A stretch of DNA of 64,000 bases from NCBI GenBank assembly GCA_050613775.1, contig JBODTK010000012.1, positions 806,001 to 870,000 of the forward strand, read 5' to 3'. Each line of letters begins with the position of its first letter. The stretch's first letter is position 1. Made by a program: the position numbers and the translations under genes. Under the pieces are notes generated by a model, which was not told the origin of the DNA, did not search any database, and saw only the letters and a list, made by a program, of their open reading frames with translations. Shown here piece after piece: positions 57,565 to 64,000 of this stretch. The DNA comes from Neocallimastix sp. 'constans' (taxonomy: Eukaryota).

Positions 57565-58265
57565 TTAATAATAAATACTCTTTTTTATTATTTAATTATT
57601 TATTAATAAATACTCTTTTTTATTATTTAATTATTTATTAATTAATACTCTTTTTTATTATTTAATTATTTATTAATTAATACTCTTTTTTATTATTTAA
57701 TTATTTATTAATAAATACTCTTTTTTATTATTTAATTATTTATTAATAAATACTCTTTTTTATTATTTAATTATTTAATAATAAATACTCTTTTTTATTA
57801 TTTAATTATTTATTAATAAATACTCTTTTTTATTATTTAATTATTTATTAATTAATACTCTTTTTTATTATTTAATTATTTATTAATAAATACTCTTTTT
57901 TATTATTTAATTATTTATTAATAAATACTCTTTTTTATTATTTAATTATTTATTAATAAATACTCTTTTTTATTATTTAATTATTTATAAATAAATACTC
58001 TTTTTTATTATTTAATTATTTATTAATAAATACTCTTTTTTATTATTTATTATTTATTAATAAATACACTTTTTTATTATTTAATTATTTATTATTTATT
58101 AATAAACACTCTTTTTTATTATTTATTATTTAATTATTTAATTATTTATTAATAAATACTCTTTTTTATTATTTATTATTTATTATTTATTAATAAATAC
58201 TCTTTTTTATTATTTATTATTTATTATTTCTTATTTCTTATTTATTAATAAATACTCTTTTTTAT
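57565..58265. repeat. 35-bp minisatellite, about 14 near-perfect units then degenerate
   Basis: at(a/t)aatactcttttttattatttaattatttatta recurs with period 35 from 57571 to 58026. Confidence 0.95.
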
Positions 58266-58946
58266 TTTTTATTATTTATTATTTATTATGTATTTATTAT
58301 TCAATTATTCAATTATTTATTATTTAATTGTTTATTTATCCAATTTAATTAAATATGAAATTAAAAGAAATGAAAAAATTTAAAATTGTAAACTTTAAAA
58401 AATAAAAATTTTTTTTTCTTTTTTTCTTTTTAATTTTATTTTATTTTATAAAATTGTTTTCTATATAAATTTTTATAATTTTTAAGATTAACTAAAACTT
58501 TATATTAAAATTTTACCAAATAATTGAAATTACTTAAATTCTTAATTGGAGATAATAAAAAAATTTTTTTTTATTATTAAATATTATTTATTAAATATTA
58601 ATTATTATTAATTTTTTTTTTTTTTCATTAATTAAATTAATTATTAATAAAATAAAAATAAAAATAAAAAACTTTTTTTTCTTCTTTTCTAATAATTTCA
58701 TAAAGTTAACTTGATCTATTTCAATTTCATACATAAAAATAATTATGTAAAGTGGAATAAATTTATTAGATATGAAAAAAACGAGAGATAAAAAAAATAA
58801 AAATGATAATAATAATAATAATATATAATAAATAAATAAAAATATAAAAATAAAATAGATAATAAATAATATATATTTATAATATATAATATCTATTTAG
58901 AAAAAAAAAATTTTTTTGAAAGGAAATTCAATTCATATAAATGAAA

Positions 58947-59008
<62 letters not shown>

Positions 59009-60123
59009 ATAGTAAATATTATAAAAATTTAAAAAATAATAAAAGAAATAAATTTCAATGATGCTTATAATGTGTAGTCAGTATTCAATAATGAGAAAAG
59101 AGAAGAGGGTTACAGAAATATTAAATGTTTTATGTTCTTTCAATTTTTAATTTAACAAACTATAAAAAGTATAACACATTTTTTAATAAAATTTTTTTTC
59201 TTAATATTATTATTAATTAATTAAAAAGAAGAAGAAGAAGAAGAAAAAATTTATTATCAATTAAACAAAAAAAAATTTTTTTAAAATTATTTAATACTGA
59301 TGTTTACATTAATCAATAATCACATTTTTAAAAAGGTATTATCAAATGCATTAAAAAATATATAATATAAAATATGTAATATATATATAAAATATATATA
59401 TATAAATATATATATTTTATTTTTTCAATTATTATATTTAATGATAATTATAAAGGCTTACTTATATTATGTTATTATTATTATTATTATTATTCTTTTT
59501 TTAATTGATTTTTATTTTATACCTATTATTTATTATTTATTATATAATAATACTATTATCATTTTAAATTAAATAAATAATTTATTTCTGTAAAACTATA
59601 ATAATATTAAAATAAATATATAAATAAATAAAACCGCATAGATTTTTCTTTTTTTTTTTTGAAATGTATCCTCAATTAAAAATAAAATTTCAATAATAAG
59701 TTATTTAATTGATGATCATGAATTTAATTAATTAATTAATTAATTAATTAATTAATAAAATAAATACAATAAATAAATACATAAATAAATACAATAAATA
59801 AATAAATAAATAAATAAATAAGTAAATAAGTAAGTAAATAAATAAATAAATAAAAACAAAAAAAAAAAGAAATTCATACAGAAAGTAATAATAGAAAAGA
59901 ATTGATCATCATAACCAATCATCAATATAACATATTAATAATAAATTATATTTCTGAAGATAGAAAAACCATATTGATTAAAAGACTTAAATAAAAAATC
60001 ACAAGAGATAATGATATATTTTATATAAATTTTAGAATTATATGAATAAATATATTTATTTCATAATTTATATATATATATATATATAAATTATGAAATA
60101 TTTTTTTTTATAATGATATATTA

Positions 60124-60157
<34 letters not shown>

Positions 60158-60562
60158 TATTATTGCAATAAAAAATATGGGGCTGAGAGAAAGGGCGGTA
60201 TACACTGGAAATAAAAAAATAAAATAAAATAAAATAAAATTTATATATATTTAATTTTTAACTTTTTATTTTTAATTTTTTTTTTTTTTTTTTTATTTAT
60301 CTTGAATTATATAAAAAAAGTTTTATGTTCAATTTTTTAATTTATAATTATTTGACTTTTCATATAATATCTTAAAATAAATAAATACACAAATGTTTTA
60401 TGTAGATGGATTAACTTTATGAAATTAAATTTATATGTTTATATATATATATATATAATTTTATTAATTATTTTGAAAAACTTAATAGATTTCATTTCAT
60501 TTATATGAAATGTATCACATAAATTAAAAAAAAAAAAAGGCATAATTCAATAAATAAATGAA

Positions 60563-60593
<31 letters not shown>

Positions 60594-60597
60594 ATTT

Positions 60598-60855
60598 TGT
60601 TTATAAAATATTTTATTGATTAAAGTTTATTTATTTAATATGAGTAATTACTTGATTTTTAAAATTTATGAGATTACATTTGTATTTATACTATTTGTGG
60701 CTAAATAAAAATATAACGAGAAATTATTACATAATATATTTCATTGTATTAGCTTAACAACGAGTTCGTTGTATTATAAAAATATCTTTTAATTTATTTA
60801 ATACACATAAATTATTTTAATATAAATTTAATATATTTTTCTTTGTATTCTAACA
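60598..60855 (-). repeat. Putative 3' LTR of the Copia element
   Basis: Starts TGTTAG right after the PPT. Likely ends ...TAAACA at 60598 (end uncertain; no partner LTR in the window). AATAAA signals near the end. Confidence 0.65.
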
Positions 60856-60864
60856 TTCCCCCTC
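60856..60864 (-). promoter_or_regulatory. Polypurine tract of the Copia element
   Basis: GAGGGGGAA directly abutting the TG of the LTR. Confidence 0.9.
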
Positions 60865-62867
60865 AGACCAGAATGTTTGCTTGTCAAAGATTTGGTTTGT
60901 AAACTTAGTCATTTTTAGTCCATTTAAAATCTTTTGTTAACGGATCGGCCAACATCCTTTCGGTATTGATATATTCTAATTTTATTTTGTTATTTTTGAT
61001 ATTATCTTTATTGAAGTAAAATTTTATTTCTATATGTTTTAATTTATTGTTGAGTTCACCGTTTTCTATTGTCGTTTTACTTGCTAAGTTATCAGTGAAT
61101 ATTTTTATTGGTTTTTTAATGTTGAATATTTCATATAAAATATTTCGGATCCATAAAACTTTTTTAGTACATTCAGCGGTAGCAATGTATTCAGCTTCCG
61201 CGGTAGATGTGGCAACCACTGTTTGTTTCTTGGATTGCCAACATATTGGATCATTATTCATTGATATTATATACCCCGAAGTAGATTTCCTATCTTTTGG
61301 GTCACCAGCGTAGTCAGCATCAGTATATGCCATAATTTCCCCCTGTCCTTTATATTTAATTTTGTAGTATTTAGTATAATTTAAGTATTTTAATATATTT
61401 ATTACCATTTTCCAATCAGCTATGGTAGGATTCTCAGAATTTCTAGCAATCTTTCCTACAGCGTAAGTAATATCTGGACGGGTACACCTGGCTAGATAGA
61501 TTAACGATCCGATTGCACTTTTAAATGTTGTTTTATCAAATGGTTCATTATTCTTTGCTGAATTTGAGATGCTTGAACAAGGCGTTTTTGATTTTCTTAT
61601 ATTTTTAACTTTGAATTTTTGTAATATATCATTTATTAATTGAATTTGAGAAATTACGTAGCTTGTATTTTCCTTTTCAATATTAATTCCTAAAATATAA
61701 TCCGCTTCACTGCATTTTGAAACTTTAAAGTTTTTCTTAATTCTTTTAATAATTTTATTTATATAGTATTTTATTCTTGTTATTAATAAGTCATCCACGT
61801 AAACTCCAATAATACAGACAGCTCTTCCTCCCTCCATTTTAACAAAAATACATGGTTCAGATGTCAATTGAGTGAAACCATTATTTTTGAGAAAGTTTGT
61901 GAAGTGGATGTGCCATTGGCGACCTGACTGTTTTAATCCGTATAAAGCTTTTCTAAGAAGTCAATAACCTTTACCAAAATTCTTGTCACCAGGGGGGATA
62001 TTAACATAAATATCCTTATCCAACGGAGCATTAAGATAGGCAGCTTTAATATCAAGCTGCATTAGATCCCAATTGAATTTTGAAGCAAGCGCAATTATAA
62101 GTTTTAGACTATCTAAACTAAGGGTAGGAGAATATGTTAAGTTATAATCAATTCCCTTTCTCTGGGTGAAACCACGAGCAACCAGACGTTCCTTGTTATT
62201 TTGAGATATTACCATTACCGTCCTTTTTGAGAGTATAGACCCACTTAGCTTCTATCCACCGGATTTTATCTGAACGTGTGATGGCTTGTTTATATGAAAG
62301 AGGTGTTTCAGTAATACATCTTTTAGAAGTTTCAACATTGTCGAGGGAGATCTTGTACTTTTTGTTACTGTTGGATTGAATAGGGTTTCCAGGTCTTTTA
62401 TGCGATTCATTCATGGATGGTTTTAATTTCTTACTCTCTGGATGTTCGGAATGAATCAATTTATGTTTAAGGGGAACAGTGTTTAATATTTCATTGTTTA
62501 AGTTAATCTTCTTTTTGGTAGGTGAAATATTACAAGTTGATGACTTTCTTTTAGTGGATGGATTAAATTTTATTTTATCCTTTTCTAAAGAAATGTCCCC
62601 AGAGAAATTTGATTCATCATTTGAAACATTAATAGATTGGAAATCTGAAGCGAGATCATCAATGGATTCAATTTTTTCATCATTTAGATAATTGTCTTCA
62701 GGTTCCTTACCTTTAGCAGAGTTATTATTCTCATCTTTCTTGTTGTTAGTAATAGGAGTATTTATAATTTTATTAATATTATAGTTTTTAATAGATGAAA
62801 CAGGTGAATCAATTTCTGATTCCTTACCTTTTCTTGATGAAGAATTATTTTCTTTGGATTCTGTATT

Positions 62868-62960
62868 TTCTTCATTAGATTCTTCATTAGATTCTTCATT
62901 AGATTCTTCATTAGATTCTTCATTAGATTCTTCATTAGATTCTTCATTAGATTCTTCATT
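62868..62960 (-). repeat. 12-bp coding tandem repeat, (NEES)x7, in the Copia IN-RT linker
   Basis: (attagattcttc)n on the plus strand. Confidence 0.95.
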
Positions 62961-64000
62961 GTATATCAATTTTCCAGAATCATCGTATGCATTTTCATTT
63001 TCGTTAGAGTTGATAATTGGTAATTCGTAAATATAATTGTCGTTATTAAAAATGTTGGTTGGTAACTTATTGTTGCGTATTCTGGTGGTTAAATTTGATG
63101 GAGTTTCTTCATCAAATACTGCTTCTCTTACTAAGTGAATACTGTAGTCCTTTGAATCCATAATTATATAGCAATTGGATTCAATGTGTAAAGATTTAAT
63201 AAAATCTTTAATAAATTAATTATTACATAATTAATTAATGTAATAAAATTACATAAATTTATGATTTACGTATATGAAAATTAATTATAAATTTATGTAA
63301 ACTTTTCATAAAGGAAAAATTATTATTTAAATAATTTTGGATAATAACTTAAATCTAAATAATTTATTTAAGTTAGTTAATTTAGTTTAGTTTATTTAAA
63401 ATAGTTATTCTATTTAACTTAGTTAATTTAGTTTAGTTAGTTTAAAATACTTTAAAATTAATTTCGGAATAGTTTTAAATAGTTAAAATTAGTTTAAATA
63501 GTTTACAAAAATAGTTTTGAATTGTAAATATATAAACATTAGTATTAATAATATTTATATAATAAATATATAATAAATGAGTTGTTATTGAATTTAATTA
63601 TTATTGTAAATAAGTTGAAAGTTTATTAAATTAATTATTGTTTAGTTTAGTTAATTATTATTTAATAAAATTATTAATAAATATTTTGTTTATAAATAAA
63701 TAGTAATATATGTAAATTAGATAGAAATAATATATTATAATGTAATAATGAAAAAATATAAATACATGTAAATTTCTATAATTAAATCGATGTATTAGTT
63801 ATTGACTATATGATAGTTAATAACAAAAAAGAGATTTAATTTTTTTAATTAATAAAGATTATTTTATTTAAAAAAACGAATTTTTATTACGTGTTTTTTT
63901 ATTTTTGTGTTAAAATTTGTTATTTGTAATCTGTTTCTGATAGAACTCTTTACACAATGCTTATTCCTAAAAATACGCCCTTTTTACTGTTGCTATCAAA

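Larger units (their letters stand above)
60598..63195 (-). mobile_element. Ty1/Copia LTR retrotransposon, 5'-truncated and inactivated (integrase C-terminus, linker, RT, RNase H)
   Basis: LVREAVFDE, AKWVYTLK, RLVARGFTQ, QLDIKAAYLNA, KALYGLKQSGRQW, YVDDLL, TRPDI, YTDADYAG, WQSKKQ, ADPLTK; TGG>TGA at 61963-61961; frameshifts near 62200 and 60930. Confidence 0.97.

Noticed and set aside
57565..58265. 35-bp repeats as a CRISPR array
   Set aside because: Units abut with no unique spacers, there are no cas genes, and the context is eukaryotic.
60179..60208. GGGGCTGAGA as a TPP riboswitch
   Set aside because: Only the CUGAGA fragment is present; P4/P5 motifs are absent.

Overview
Extremely AT-rich eukaryotic DNA with long homopolymers, microsatellites and GT-AG introns. 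Composition and gene families point to an anaerobic gut fungus (Neocallimastigomycota); this is an inference. Host genes: two tandem polyubiquitin genes (3' end of one at 2-46; a complete 5-unit gene at 5554-6699 with D39G in unit 5), a LURP-one/tubby-like protein with a Cys-rich tail ending in CaaX (CVIM), a five-exon minus-strand gene with a 5-nt micro-exon that the ORF track misses (12952-14347), three intronless orphan 7TM genes (24289-25353, 28253-29452, 49407-50567) and a 1175-aa ankyrin-repeat protein. Mobile DNA: nested 5'-truncated LINEs whose two 10-bp TSDs both reconstitute hairpin targets, a second LINE remnant, a LINE endonuclease remnant, two defective Mutator-like elements (one with TIRs and a 9-bp TSD, inserted in a decayed Copia), a MULE-type MITE, a foldback element and a truncated Ty1/Copia with PPT and 3' LTR. 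A hairpin-rich island without a credible ORF at 46.2-47.1 kb is an ncRNA candidate. Most remaining short ORFs are low-complexity artefacts.
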